Shown: piece after piece, positions 48,420 to 62,487 of the stretch
Position numbering within the stretch: the first letter of the stretch is position 1
Layout: each line of letters starts with the position of its first letter
NCBI GenBank assembly: GCA_965235115.1
Contig: OZ249439.1
Location: 33,978,001-34,042,000 of the forward strand
Origin: Laetmonice hystrix
Taxonomy: Eukaryota
DNA length: 64,000 nucleotides
Direction of reading: 5' to 3'
The notes under the pieces: generated by a model
The model's input: the letters and a program-made list of their open reading frames with translations, nothing else
What the model was told of the DNA's origin: nothing
Database searches by the model: none
Position numbers and translations under genes: made by a program

Positions 48420-51400
48420 TTAACCCAGCAGGTTTACCAGCTGCATCCTCCTGGAGTGACGCCTGGCAAATGTGGTTATGGCTTCATCCATGTTCACTGG
48501 AATGTCCCTGTGCACGTGTAGCAGCGATATGCCGGTGAGACGCTCTGTGGTCATACTGCAGCGGAGTGATGTTTTCTGGCGTTTCAGGGCGCTGAAGGAC
48601 CTTTCCGCTGTACATGATGTAACAGGCAGACAACCAAGGATCCGGAGGAGGGTGGCAATGTTGGGTAGTATCTCAGTATGCTTCAGGGCCTCAGGGATGT
48701 TGTCTGGGAGTTTGTCGCACTCGCATGTTGCCCACTTCTGCCTCCAGCAGTGAACCTCAGCCGCCAGGGTCATGGGAGAGGGGAGGTCGGCCTGGTACTG
48801 GGCTGCAAGGCTGTCGATGTGGCCCTGTGCGTTATCAAGTGTGACCAAGGCTGCTGGAACCTGAAAAACACAATGGAAAAAGACATTTTAAAATGTAACA
48901 TTTCTTTCACTTTCATGTATACGTGTTTGTGACAAGTTTGATTACAAATATTTTTTATTTTTCATGAGAAAAATATTCAATATCTGCTCAATTATTATAT
49001 GTAATAATACACATTGATCATTTGGTTTACACTTACAAGTGCCATTCCTTGAATAGCCTTCAGGTGCAGAGTTGAGAATCTGGAGGACATTTCTGCAATC
49101 ATGTGGTCCAGAAAGGGAATGGTCAGGGCCCTCATGTAGAATGTAGTGGGGGTCTCAGCAGGGACATTTGTCCGGTGGTGCTGCCTTCCACACGTGCGGG
49201 GTAGGCTGGGGGTGGCATGTAGGGCCTCACAAATGTCCTCTGCTTCAGCAAACCTAAAAAACACAAACATGTAGAAATTCAAACCCCCTTCTTAGTTTAA
49301 AACACAAGCCGAGGATATTGACAAATACAGTGTATCTATGTTACGCCTCTTATAATTATCAATGTAATTTGTAATATTTTTACATTAAGAACTAAGATAC
49401 ACCTTACCACTCATTGTGGAATGTGTCTGCGTCACTCCTTGCCATCTTGAGGGACTCAACAACATTCTGTACTTCCTTGGAGGCCTTTACAACATCCAGT
49501 GCACTAGCCTACAAAATAAATGAATAAACAAATTAATACAAAAAATTACAAAAAACAGGTAATATGCAGGACATATTAATATTTAACGTTATATTTCATT
49601 TAGTGTGAAGAAATAGCAAACAATTTTTAAGCAAAATATACCTGGAGGCGAGTAGTGATGATCTGGGTGTAGGCCAGGACATTCCTTGTGACGACCAAGC
49701 TCACAATGAAGGCTGGCTGGGTCACATGGAGAAGGAGGGACCCTGCATCTGTCCGGGAGTCACTGGACCACTCTGATGCACTGGCTTGGCTAATTGTCTC
49801 CAGGCAGTGGACAAGGGAGGGGAGAAGGTCAGTCATCACCTGCAAAATACAATACACATTAATATACAATTAGTTAACTGGTGAATGACTACTTATTTTC
49901 AACAATAATTACAATAACCAATTTTAAATGGAAGGTTGCAAGTTAATCATATTTGAAAACAAAGAAATACATGTACCTCCAGAGCTTTGATGCGCTGCAC
50001 CCATCTCGTCTTACACAGTCCGACCAGCTTCTTCCGTTTTGACTCTGGAGCAATCTGAAAATAAAATAATTCCGTTTTGAATGAATATAGCCTTATAATT
50101 TATATGAATACACTGTATGTGTATGGTATCACTGAACCATATAAAGTATCTGAATGAAAGATATATCTGACTCATGATTGTACAGTTTCGACATCCAAAT
50201 CAAAGACATTTGATAAAATATCATTCAAATCTCATTTTACTGACCTCAGCTATGGAAGATTCCAGCTGTTGCTGCCTCTTTGGGTGGGCATCAAAAAAGA
50301 GTCCACACTTCAATACTGCCCCCATCATGTTGCGCACATCTGTTACAGAATATTAATACAGCTTATGAATTGGTATGCAAAACATTTTCCAATTATTTTA
50401 CATGTCATTTAAGAATGCCAATATACATTTTTTTAAACTATTTCATCAAAAGTTCGTCTTAATTTCAATTTTGAGTCTGAACAAAATACTTACATCTATT
50501 CTCTGCAGACTTTACAACGCACAGGTTCAGCTGGTGGGCAGCACAATGGAAGTACATGGCTTGTGGGTGGTTCTGCTGTATGAGTGCTGCTGCCCCTTTC
50601 GTTTTGCCACTCATGTTGCTTGCACCATCATAGCCTTGGCCTCTCATCAGGGATGGATCTAATCCATACGATGCCAACCTTTGCAGGATTGCATGGGACA
50701 AGGCCTGAAAATAATAATCAAATAATACATATCATACTATTTTTTATGAATGGAAACTTATAATGGTCATTTTTTCAATGCGCATATAATTTAACATGAC
50801 AATATTGATGTTTTCTATTTTAAATGACATGTAATAAAATTAACTTAAAGTTTTGTGTTTACCTCACCAGTGATGCCCTCACTACATTCCACAAAATCCA
50901 CTAGACGTTCCTGTACCGCACCCTCAGAATCAATGTACCTTAATCAGTGCATAAAGTTTTCATATATACTCCATCTTTATAAATTGATCAAACAACATTA
51001 GATATATGCAATATTTCAAAATTGGAAAAAAAATACACATAAGTGATATTCAATGTAAAAATTCTCACCTCAGGACAAGGCTAAGCACTTCCTTGTTCGA
51101 GACATCTGTCACTTCGTCAGAAATGACTGAAAAGAAGGGACTGTGCTTAACCTGAAACATAACATAATGTTTGTAAAGAGTATGAAATTGGTTCATCATA
51201 TTACACCTGAATTTGATGTTGAAAATTCAAATCCATTTTAGATGGGTTTTTTTTTCAGTTATGTCTAGATTGCAGATATGAAGATGTACTTGGAAAGTTT
51301 TATAATGAAAATAACATGACTTACCTCTTGGATTATCTTGTCCCGGATCTGGTCACCCAAGACAGCAATCGCTTCATTCTGGATCTGGGCAGACGTGTAC

Positions 51401-53969
51401 GATGCGTTCCTGGCAGCAGTACCCTGCAACACATTGTATGAAATATCAGATATGAGTTGTAATTCATGATCATTGTAGAAAAATCATTCTGTACATGGAT
51501 ATGATTTTTATTTAATTATATGATTGAGAAAATGACAAAAGTAATAAAATTGACTCACAAGATGCTCCTCCAGGACCTTGTCACCTGCATCCATCCTAAA
51601 GTTGAGAAGGGCTCTGAAGTTGCTGTGGTCGTCTTCCGAGTTCTCCTCATTTCCGCGTAGGGCTAGGTTCTGTCGCCCGCATAACTCAATGGTCTTGAAG
51701 ATGGGGAGCAGGAACTTCCGATTCTTCACAACACGCAGGGCATGGACTTGATTTACCTGAAAACAAACACAAAGTGTTCCAATAAATTAACAAATAATAA
51801 GTAGAAAAGTACATAAAATTACACGGTAGAGTTTTCGTACATTTTGTGTGTGAGTTGGTTTATATCTATTCACCAGTAATTTATTACATTATTGTTCTTC
51901 ATTACCCCCGTAAGTTTTGTGTCATCGGTATACCTGCTGTTGGACATCCTTGCATTCTCCCTGCATGACCTGCAGAAAGTCGTCTGCCCGGCAGACTGCA
52001 CCCTTGTGGATAGGACTGGTGGAGTGTGAGTTCATCTTCTCCAGGGCCTTCTTCCACTGTGTGAGGGCACTTGTGCCCAGACAGGAGGGCTGGTTTGGGG
52101 CAAATAATACACAGAACCTGAAATTATAGGGGAAAAAAGGAAACGTCCTACATTTAAGAAATCAATGATTTAATGAGGTTTAAATAATTATGCATACAAA
52201 AAATCGCCAATAGTATCTATATTATTTATTTTATAACATTTTCATAAAGATTCAAATACAATTAATTTTAATTACATGAAATGCAGATTGTTTTCTTTCA
52301 TTCGTTACTTTTGGGTTTTGTAAGTACTTATTCTTTTAATGTAACATATAGTCATAAGACACACAATAGACATGAAATCCAACCTAACTTCATTAATGGT
52401 ATGTATACCGGGTACTTACTTGCATAAGGCCCCATCCAAGGATTTGGAGTAGACCAACCAGTGAAATGATGATAGCCACTGGTGCTGGAACCTGCGCTTG
52501 AAGCCCTTCTTGCCACCTTCCTCCCGTCCTGGGAAGGCATAACCATGTGGGGTGACCCAGGCACCTGTGAGGAGTTGGTAGCGTTGCTCATTGGTCAGGG
52601 TCTGGCCCAGGAAAAGTCCAATGTCAGTGTAGTCTTGTAGAGCAGCTGGCATGAAAGTGGGTGAAAAATAAATATATTATAAATAGGTTTCACCTATCTA
52701 AAATAACTAATTGATGACAAAATTAAGTTAATCGGGAAACTTAGATTACATTTCATCAAAGAATACACATTAATTAGAATGATCATGAGAAAAAGGTTGT
52801 TTATATAGATTTTTATCACATTTTCATTTACAACCTCGAATGAAGTGTGTCCTTACCAGTACTAGTAGTTGGACTACACTTGGCTGGGGACTCCAAGTCC
52901 AACGTCTCTGGGGAGCGTGGTATGGGCTCTGTGGCTGGAGGATACTTAGGTCTCGTGAGGAACCTGAGGATGCTGGATGCAGATCCTGATGCAGATCCTG
53001 AATCAGGAGCCTTTCTCTGATTTTGAAAATTAAATTCAAGGACTTTCAACGACTTTTTCAAGGACATTTTCATAGTTTTCAAGGACAAAATATGTTTACA
53101 AAAATGTGCAAATATAGACAATTTCACAGTCAGACTGGGGTGGGGGATGGAGGCCGGGGGCAAGGGGTGGAGTAGGCTATGGAGCAGGCAGGTTATGGGG
53201 TATGGAGGCAATGGATGCACAAAGCCAGGGAAAGTCACAGTGGGGGCAAAGATAGGGAGTGGGTGGGAATGGGAGGCAGAGGATGGGGGTGGGGGTGGGG
53301 GTGGGGGGCAAAGGCAGGGGATGAATGGATGGAGGCAGGGGTGGGCGATGGAGGCAGAGAGTGGGTTTAACTTTGGGGTTGGGATAGCCTACAGGGTAAC
53401 AGGGAGTGGGAGATGGTGGCAAGGGATGTGGAATGGACTGCCAGGGCAGACCCAGGAATTTTGGACAGGGGGCCTAGCCCCCCTGTCCTGGAATCAGGTC
53501 TCCCCCAGAAAAAAATGGGGGGAAAATGCCAAATATTTAGCACAGTCATGATAATCCAAGTTCTTATTTATAGAGTCTAGATCTAGTTAACTTAGATCTA
53601 ATTGTAAATCCAAGGTTTTATGGATGCAGGGGGGGGGGGGGCATAGGCCGAACACCAGCAAGGGTCCTTCCACTAACGAAAGACGTCTTTGGCAAAGACG
53701 TCTTTGGAAAGACGTCTTTGCGACGCCAATGTTAAAGAATAAGACTTAGTGGAACAGCCGTCGCCGCAAAGACCTCTTTGGGCTCAGCGACCATTTCAAA
53801 GACGTCTTTCGGGCTAAGCCTTAGTGGAACGGACCCCAGGCCATTTGACCAGGCCCACCATCTATCGCCGCCCGTACAGTACTGACAACAAAAAGTTGGT
53901 AAAAGTAGGTAAACCTACCTTAGTAGACATAGTAGTGGAGGCCATTCTGCTTTTCTGAGATGATGACAT
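48420..53969 (-). CDS. hAT transposase (THAP12/ZMYM1-like: TTF-type finger, DUF4371-like region, hATC), ~805 aa, 15 exons
   Basis: Exons 53919-53969, 52857-53016, 52420-52645, 51934-52117, 51559-51756, 51325-51423, 51069-51151, 50863-50938, 50494-50704, 50245-50339, 49977-50054, 49642-49839, 49408-49508, 49037-49253 and 48420-48860, all GT-AG and phase-compatible. Motifs SDEVTD, YDGASNM, HCAAHQLNL, KTRW and AERSFS are intact. Confidence 0.92.
53661..53838. mobile_element. Harbinger-type MITE in hAT intron 1
   Basis: gggtccttccactaa ... ttagtggaacggaccc with aaagacgtcttt palindromes. Confidence 0.6.
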
Positions 53970-55481
53970 TGGAGTCGTGTTGTGTGTGTGAGCACGTGCA
54001 GGTAAAGTCAGGTTCACGTCATCACGACGTCACAGTAAGCGTTACTCACACTTCCCACCAGATGGCGCTCGTACCTCGTTTTACGAAGGAGCGCCATCTG
54101 TGGGGAGTGTGACTAAGTAGTCTAGGCTTAAAAGTGTAAGCTAATCATGGGAAGCACCATGCCTCTCTTGAAATGCCTAATAGGGGGGCCCGGGGGGGGG
54201 GGGGCTAAACCCCCGCTAGGTGAGTTCACCAGGCATTGACAAATCAGTCATTTTCTGTCCCAGGTGCCGGGAAATCGCATCTCCGGGCTTCTTATTTCAA
54301 AATACGGCGCTTGTCAGCCCCCCCCCCTGAAACAATCCTGGCTACGGCCCTGGTTCTTTTGAGTAGATTTGAGTGAAACTCAGACTTAAGTATACTTAAG
54401 TATGTTCGAGAAATCGGGCCCTAGACTAAGATGAAGAGTAGGCCTAAGCCTTGTACGTACCACTACTGCTGCACTAGCAGTACCAGGCAGTGACAGTCAA
54501 AATACTGAAATGAAATACTAAACATGTAGAAACGCCGATTTGCTGATTTAGATAGATCTGTGGCATAGAATAGAGAATAGATCTAGATCTAGGCTTTGGA
54601 ATTTTTACTCTCTGTTGTTAGCATAGCCCTAACGCCCAGAGACTCTTGGCTCGCGTCTCAACTCTGTCTCTGACTCTGAGAGTGAGAGTCTAACCAAGTC
54701 AAAATTCAAACTAGGCCTAGAGTGTCTAGATCTAGACTTGTTATAGGGCCTACTAGGCGCGAATCCGGGGGCGGGGGGCAGCTCAGGCACTTTTTTTTAA
54801 CCCAACACTGCAACAGTAGCCTACACCATAGCCTAACGTTAGGCCTAGCATTAAACAGTTAACCGTTAGTCGTTACACGTCTTCTCAGGGAAAGGGCCCC
54901 AGACTGTCCCCTCGCCCGGCAACTTGCATCTTCTTGCTGGGGCATACCATGGTGGTGTCTGAGAATTATAAATGTCAGATTTTAAATCTTTAAAATATCC
55001 CCAGAAACCGTGAAAAGAACTTAGAAGGCAAAGTAAAGCTTACCGGCTGCAGCCCCCGCCACCGTCTTCAACGGTCTTGACCGCGTGTGATGTGACCTTG
55101 CAACTTCACATTCGATTCGGCGCAGCCTCCGTCACAGGACCCAGGCATTATGACGTTACAATTAATCGCGCGTCACGCATGCGTACTGGATTATGTGTGT
55201 GCAGAGGACGTCGGCGGCAGATTTAAAATTTTGTGGAGAGCGTGTTTATAAGACACATAATGACAGGGTGATGCTGTCAAATAGAGACTAGTCGGAAAAC
55301 GTTCTTTTCATGCAGGGATGGCCTTAAAGGGCCTAATGACAAGGCTCAGCAAGTGAGGACCCGATCTGAGGACCTCACTTGCCGAGAGGCCTTCAGTTGA
55401 CGGGTGTGTTTTCATATGCAAGCCTTCACTTGCCGGTAAATACCAACACACACAAACACACACCCGAACACGTTACAATAC

Positions 55482-57527
55482 ACTTAAGGAATATCTGAAG
55501 CGCACAGAAAAAGTTAGGAGGGGAGAAACCCAACTGCTATTGAGTTTTGTACAGCCACATAGGGGGAATGTGCCTTATATCGCGCACGTATGTTATATCG
55601 CGCACCATCCTCTGGCGGGAGTTTTTTACCGGTAGATGTCGTGACACCCAACAAAAAAGGCGGGAACAGTGAATCGTAATCGATGACGTTATTTTAGTGA
55701 CGTAACACGCCTAAGAGGAGCCTGCACAAGTCCTATCGGCAAGCCTAAGTGTTTTAGCGTTTTCCTATCATCTGGGGCAGATTACTTATAAATCTAGGTT
55801 TTCAGTGTATGTTTAGTATCTTGCAGATCACAAGGAATATATAGTAATAACTACCTTTACGTGAAAATAGAAGGGTTTTCTGATCTCTTTTGATCGCTAA
55901 AGCAAGTGTGACTACATCTGGCAAAGCAGTAGGTCAAGGTCAGTTAATTGTTGCATTGTGCCTAATATCGCGCACTCATGTTGTTATATCGCGCAGTGAC
56001 ATGTTCTAATATCGCGCGCGCGGTATTACAACAAAGCTGCTACTGAAGATCCGACACTTGAATAACGAGGTTTGACTGTATGTCCACTAAAAAAGCCGGA
56101 TTTTTACGTTATATAATTTAAATGTCCTTAACGAGGAAAATTTTGTGTAGGCCTAAACAACACAACGATTATTGGTCCAGAAGTAGAAACGATTTTTTTT
56201 GGTCCTACAAAAAAATATAAAAATAGGTAAATAACAGATTTTTTGTGATAAAAAATATAAAACTTATGTAAAACTAACTTGTTTTCGATAGTATTTAGAC
56301 TAGCAGTACATATATGCTCAAATTCAATATCTTCTACCAAGCTGTTATTTTGCGATGATATATTAAAGATGTTGCTTAGAGCATAGCCATTTTATAATAG
56401 CTTTCTATGATGCGCGATATAAGGACATGCACGCGATATTAGGAACAATGGGTGTCTTAATATCGCGCAGTCACCTTTTAAATTAAAAAATAGGACTTGA
56501 TTACATAGGTGTATCAAATGATCATAATAATTAAATATTAAATCAATTCACATAGGTGTTATACGTGAATCAGGGCGATGTCTTTTGATGCAAACCTGAT
56601 ATCCTCTCGTTGATTTTAAATATGCCAGCAATGGTCGAAATGACCATGTTTTAAGCACCTAGTATTTACAACCTTGTCCTTATATCGCGCACTAAGTGCG
56701 CGATATAAGGCACATTCCCCCTAGGGCAATATCTCGGAGCACGCTTGCCAGGTGGACTCTGCAGATATTGGAATGGTCGGGTATCGACACAAATAAATAC
56801 AAAAGCCACTCTACAAGAGGGGTGTCCACGTCAGCCTCTAGGGAGTTAGGGGTGGACACAAACCTGATAATGCGCCAAGCTAGTTGGCGAAGAGAAAGTT
56901 CTTTTGCCAAATACTACAATAAAAAGATAGAGCCAGATCCCTCAGTGGTGTCTACGAGACTACTCACAGAATTTGGATAGGTTAAGACACCCATGGGTAA
57001 TAGGTTGCCCGAGATTGAAGTATTACGATGTATGGCCAACTTGTGGCCAGGAGCACCGGGTTTAGAATAAAATATGGAAGCTTTTAACTCCGTTTGGTTT
57101 TGTTATCTATCGACTGCCTTGGAGGAGTAAAACAGTTCTCTAAAGTTCTCATCGAGTACCGTAAACACTTAGTGTTGTACGAGGTAAAATATTTAAATTA
57201 TGCAAGACTTACCTTGGGAAGTTGCGGTATAATTGAGATTTTACTGAGGACAACACGTTATGTTGTAGGGACTAGATGACCACCACGCCCTACCCTCGGT
57301 ATGGCCAGAGGCCATTCTCCCTATAATGTATATCAGTATAAGAATACATTTATCTAGAGGAATAATTGGATAAAGTAGCTAACTGTTTTTCCTCCTGCGC
57401 GTAGATAGCTTTAAATACTGACGTCACTCCACGCATGCGCCTGTCTTCTCATCTAGTCCCTACAACACCCCTCGGTAAAATCTCAATTATACCGCAACTT
57501 CCCAAGGTAAGTCTTGCATAATTTAAA
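55482..57527 (+). mobile_element. 3' fragment of a DIRS1-like YR retrotransposon (YR C-terminus, ICR and right terminus), interrupted by a MITE
   Basis: Removing 55562-56723 restores LKEYLKRT...QPH-RAISRSTLARW...SHSTR...ASW...FAKYYNK. 57192-57249 is complementary to 57470-57527. Confidence 0.85.
55562..56721. mobile_element. pogo/Tc1-type MITE with TA TSD
   Basis: ta|gggggaatgtgccttatatcgcgcac ... gtgcgcgatataaggcacattccccc|ta with subterminal atatcgcgca repeats. Confidence 0.9.
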
Positions 57528-58673
57528 GATGTACTGTCACTCTGTCATTTAGAAGGCATCTAATGATATGTAGGCCTACTGAATGTAATACGGTAGAGGA
57601 ATAAAATTCGTTAATTGTGTTTTATTATGTCCACCCGTTAATTAGAACGGCCCATAGCAACGGCCCTAGAAACGAAATGCCATTCAAAACCCGCACCAGA
57701 TAATGACGTCAAATCGATAACGGTCTTTGAGACGTTTCGGGATTCCCCTGTGTGCCACTGCTCGAGGTGTTACGTAGCCTGTGATCTAGAGTGATATTCA
57801 TTTTAGGACCAGGACAACAAATTATTTGAGTTTCCTTGGAGTAATCAGCACTCAGCAGCATCCGAAAAATATTTGACAAGGCCAAGCATTGAATTGAATC
57901 ATGAATGAAGCAAGAGAGCGCTCTGCCACTACTAGCACTATAGCATTATGCATAGGTCTGGGAGCCACCGTCCACAACTTGGCACAAGCCTGTTGTGCTG
58001 CTGTCAGTTCAAGGACGATTGTTCCGACAACTTGGCAAAATACAACTTGGGTTTAATCTTTATAGGTTTTTAGCAGAGGCGGACTCAAAGACAAACTCAC
58101 CATGGCAGCCTGACTGTAGCTCAGGCCTGACTGTAACAAGACAGTGTAGCTGCGAGGGTGACGGTCGGAAGCCGCGAACAGCCGCAAACAAAGCAATGAC
58201 TGCCGCTCAAGCTACCTGAGTGACAGTCTAGATCCGCCACTGTTTAGTTTACGGCCCAAACTGCCTGTTCTGCCTGTTGGTGATAATCTTTACTGACTTC
58301 ATGCAGTCTTATCCTGCTAGTCTGGTATGGTACCACAAAATCTTCAAAGTTAGACAAAGACCTAAACGAGGATGAGGAGTGCACTGTCCTCACTTGTGTT
58401 TACCACTGTGGCCGCCATTTTCCTCTCGGTTGTGTTCTCGATTTGACGTCACAACCTCATTAAAGGCTATAAAGTGCTTGTGGAATTTTTTCCCCCGTGA
58501 GCGGCCTGGAATGTATTATGTGCATTAAATAAGACATGTGTATGCCACTATTCCACATTTTAACACATCAATGACGGTTCCTGTTTAAATATTAAAAATC
58601 AGGCATTATTCTGTCGTATTTTTACACTTTAACACTTCTTTTAAAATCAACTACATTTAGTATACAAACAAAC

Positions 58674-61274
58674 CTGGGTCGTTGTCGCTATGTATTTTCT
58701 TAATAGAGTTGACCGCATTAATTCTGGGGATGCCAGGCCAGCTTCCTGGGTAACCTTAGTGAACGAATCATAGGCCCTGACAACACCTTTTCCTGAAAGA
58801 ATACATGTATATCACTGTATATGGCCAAAAATTGCATTTAATAAATCCCTGTTAGGGATGTCTCCATGCTTTATCGGAAATGAAAGAAAAAGGAAATGCT
58901 GCACTGTATAAATATGGGAAAGCAGTACTGTATTTAGAAATGTAACAAAACGCCATAATTATCTACATCTGTTAATACTGTATACAGACTGGTAAACAGT
59001 AATGATCCTTACCCAAGTTTGCAAAAAGGTATTCATTGCTTGCAACGCCCACTTCTTCCCGGACTTCGTCATTAGAAAGAAATCGAAGTAGTTTCGTGGC
59101 ATCCGGAGGGATCAGGAGAGGTACGGGTCTGCCTCGTTTCCCCCTGATATGTAGAAGCTGATGGCTTTGGACAAGTCGTTTTTCAAGGGAAGACAGTTGA
59201 GAACGGAATTCCTCAAGGTGATCCTCTGCTTCGGTTGGCCTATTTATGTAACTCTGTACTCTACAAGAACGAAGACGAAGAAGAAACAGAAGAAGAAGAA
59301 ACATTAGATAACATAGTTTTAAGGAATGCATCGGAATAAAGATAAATGTTATTTAGCATGTCAGGTACAAGAATAGTCCCTTCGAAGCGAATGAGTACGA
59401 GTATAATGAGAAAATGGGTTGAAACTGGTAAAAAGGCTGACTGAAAGTGGTTCAAACACTGAGGTACATTTATGAAAATAATAAAATATTGATTTTCACC
59501 CATGACGAAGGCTAATTTTGTAGGTCATCCTTTTCACGTGATGAGCCATGAACGACCATAATAACCCTTAACAACAAAATTCAGTTCTTTCTGGATATGG
59601 TCTTAGAGACTTTTGATATCCTGTGGTTTGGGAAGGCAGATGGCCTTACTGAAATTTCGCTCTGAAATCACTGCCAGTGCCAATGATGTCACTCTTAGCC
59701 TCCAGTTTTTCTTGTCAAGCTTCAAGAAATTCTCAGCCTCCTTGGACATTCCTTCCCTTCCACCAACAAGGGCCAGTGACTCTTTGATATCAGCCATTTG
59801 CTGGAGATCATATCCATACTTCAATGCAGAACCTGGATGTTGGAAGTCTTCGTCACTTTCACCACACACTTGTACCGTCGCTCTGACAACTGTGTCAGAG
59901 TTTGATGGAGAAAGAAAGTCAGACATGGTTTCTCCTGATGGAGCTATCCTACGCATTGCCTGTAAAAGCTTAGCCGCAGCACACATTTTTGTACTGAGAT
60001 GATCACTTTTGTCTTCTTTGGCAATGCAGCGATAAATATAATGTTTAGTAACGTTGCTAACCCAACCAAAGCAATAGGGACAAGGTCCATAGTCGTCCAA
60101 GTTGAAAGGGCCTTTCCCTTCCGGTCTTCGAAGCAGAATAAGCTCCCCTTCTTTCGTTTCCCTGACCAGGAGGATATGATTACCTTTGTTGCGAAGTATG
60201 GTTAGTGCTTTCTGTCTATCTTCCTGCTTGTGTTTAACCTTGGGAGGTTCATCAGATGGTGCTGGCACAAAATTTACAAGTTTTGCAACTTCAACTTCAT
60301 CTTTATGCTTCTGTTCTAGATGACTAGAGGGTTTGAGTCTCTCACAAAACAAGCAGGAGTCCTTGTTTTTGAAGACTCTGTTTAATTTCTTTTTCTGCCC
60401 TCTTTTTCCTGTTTTTGACCTTTCTGTTGCACGGAAGTATATTTTGGATCCCTGAAAATACTTCCTTGGAGATTTGGCAGTCCTGTTATCTCCATGAAAA
60501 CAAGGGTTACTGCCTGTGCTTAGTGCCGGATACACTTCACTTCTATCACTATCACTATCTACAGAGGGTGGAACGTACTCGTCCTCGAGAACTGACCCTT
60601 TCCGTGTCTTCTGTGTAACTGGCTCTGTCATTGTTTTGGAACATCTCTGGTACCCTGTTACTTCTGTCCTATTCAACTGACCTTTCTACGTCTTTTGCAT
60701 AACTGGCTCTGTCATCGCCTTGGAACAAAATCTCTGGTACACTGTTACTTCTGTCCTCTTCAACTGACCTTTCCGTGTCTTCTGCATAACTGACTCTGTC
60801 ATCACCCTTGAATGATGTATCTGGTACACTGTTACTTCTGCCCTCTTCAACTGACCTTTCCATGTCTTCTGCATAACTGGCTCTGTCATCGCCCTTGAAT
60901 GATGTCTCTGGTACACTGTTACTTCTGTCCTCTTCAACTGACCTTTCCGTATCTTCTGCAGAACTGGCTCTGTCATCACCTTTGAATGATATCTCTGGTA
61001 CACTGTTACTTCTGTCCGTGTCTTCTGCAGAACTGGCTCTGTCATCACCTTTGAATGATATCTCTGGTACACTGTTACTTCTGTCCGTGTCTTCTGCAAA
61101 ACTGGCTCTGTCATCACCCTTGAATGATGTCTCTGGTACACTGTTACTTCTGTCCTCTTCAACTGACTTTTCCTTGTCTTCTGCAGAACTGGCTCTGTCA
61201 TCGCCTTTGAATGATATACATGTCTGGTACCCTATCTGGTGCATGTCGTTCCTCGTAGTTCCTCTTTGTTGTTT
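58674..61274 (-). pseudogene. Second YR-family gene (same family as 1948-3950), degraded; exons ~59580-61274, 59013-59260, 58674-58792
   Basis: CLFC..HLEQKH, LRNKGNH, YGPCPYC, PGSALKYGYDL, AENFLKL...W, LPKPQDI | IRGKRGRPVPLLIP...YLFA | ELMRSTLLRKYIATTTQ. It has an internal deletion and a stop at 59603, and I did not find the FNRxR segment or the GH/Y exon. Confidence 0.82.
60595..61215 (-). repeat. Coding minisatellite (87-bp and 69-bp units) encoding an acidic linker
   Basis: Repeated SFKGDDRASSAEDTERSVEEDRSNSVPE. Confidence 0.9.
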
Positions 61275-62487
61275 CTGCTAAGTCAATGTCCAGGAGAAAT
61301 TTCCCAAGGAGGTGCGAAAGAGCAGCTTTCTTCTTTATTTTTTTCTGAACAGAAATGCAAAACAGCTTTAGTCCAAGGCAGCAAAAGGAGAGTTCAATAT
61401 TGTTAGTAGCATTAATCAAATAAAGAAACAATGGTAACAATGTATTAGTTAGGGCTCTAGCCCCTGTCCCGCTAGCTCCAGGTTTGGACAAGGCCGAAGG
61501 TGTGAGAAATTTCACCAGTAGCGCCCTCCCTGGATGTTCCACTACCACACACTACCCCCTCAGGAAGCATGGAGTTGGGCCACGTTTACACTGGGAAGTT
61601 CGGCTGGCAAATACCCGCTATAATGGTAGCCCGCTCAGTGTAAATGGGTTTACCCAATGTATGCCACCCAAGGTGGGCGGCCGAGATAAATCTCGGGTGA
61701 TACAAGGAATAGCTCTGCTGGCAGGGCTCTTACCTCAGGTAGCGGCAATTATGTGAACAGGGGATTTGCCGACAGTTGGCACAAAAGCACTTGTTTATTC
61801 TCACTCAAGTCAAGACGAGAATCACTGTCCAGCCAGAGATACTGAGCAAGTGAATAGCTGGAGGCTAGGCAGAAGTGAGAAGATGGGGACCAATGGGGCC
61901 TTAATGAATCAATTTAAATGTATAATTATCTCGATTTGCCAAAGAACCCCTACGCTTTAACGGAGTGAACACATTAATCGTGTAACTCCCCAATGTGACA
62001 ATATCCCAGAACAAGTTCTTTACTTTTGATAAATCTTTTTACAGCACCCTTCCCCATAAGGAATTCTCATCATTTGAAGGTGTATCCTACACCATCATAG
62101 AACAGGTAGTTTACATTTAACATCTTCCTTAAATTACCACCCCTATCCTTTGGTGACCTGGATGTCACCCCTTGTTAATAAAATACACAAGTCGGCCCTG
62201 AAGGTTCCTTGTCATTCTAAACAGAAAAATGGGCTGGGGGAAGCTAGTGGAGCAACTGATGGAATAGCATAGCCTACTAATTGTGACTCTAATTGTCGTT
62301 TTTTATATTCGGGCTTGGATAAATGTTTTTGAAGGAGGGTAGCTTTTTTCGAGGGGGGGGGAGAGACTCCCCCCCCCCGACTAAAACGGCCTCGAATAAA
62401 TCCTGCCGATATATTGAAGAAGTTAGTCCTCACACCAAGGTATAATGGTAGATTTTGTGAAAAATTAGGCTTGATAACTCGGAGTTA

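Larger units (their letters stand above)
47690..54352 (-). mobile_element. Full-length hAT transposon
   Basis: TIR cagggccgtagctagg / cctggctacggccctg (16 bp, one mismatch); gttcttt duplicated on both flanks. Confidence 0.92.
47596..54421. mobile_element. Harbinger-type MITE split by the hAT insertion
   Basis: gggcccggtttctcgaa...cttaagtctgagtttcactcaa on the left and ttgagtgaaactcagacttaag...ttcgagaaatcgggccc on the right. Confidence 0.75.

Noticed and set aside
54870..55150. Exon-like segments as the missing last exon of the second YR gene
   Set aside because: No GH/Y motif, and the ATG-initiated frame hits a stop.
57528..58645. Kolobok-like element; similarly the ...ccattact|ttaa end near 963
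   Set aside because: TTAA-flanked ends are suggestive, but I could not pair convincing TIRs.
60686..61281. Multiple overlapping open frames as dual coding
   Set aside because: Expected for a stop-free repeat unit whose length is a multiple of three.
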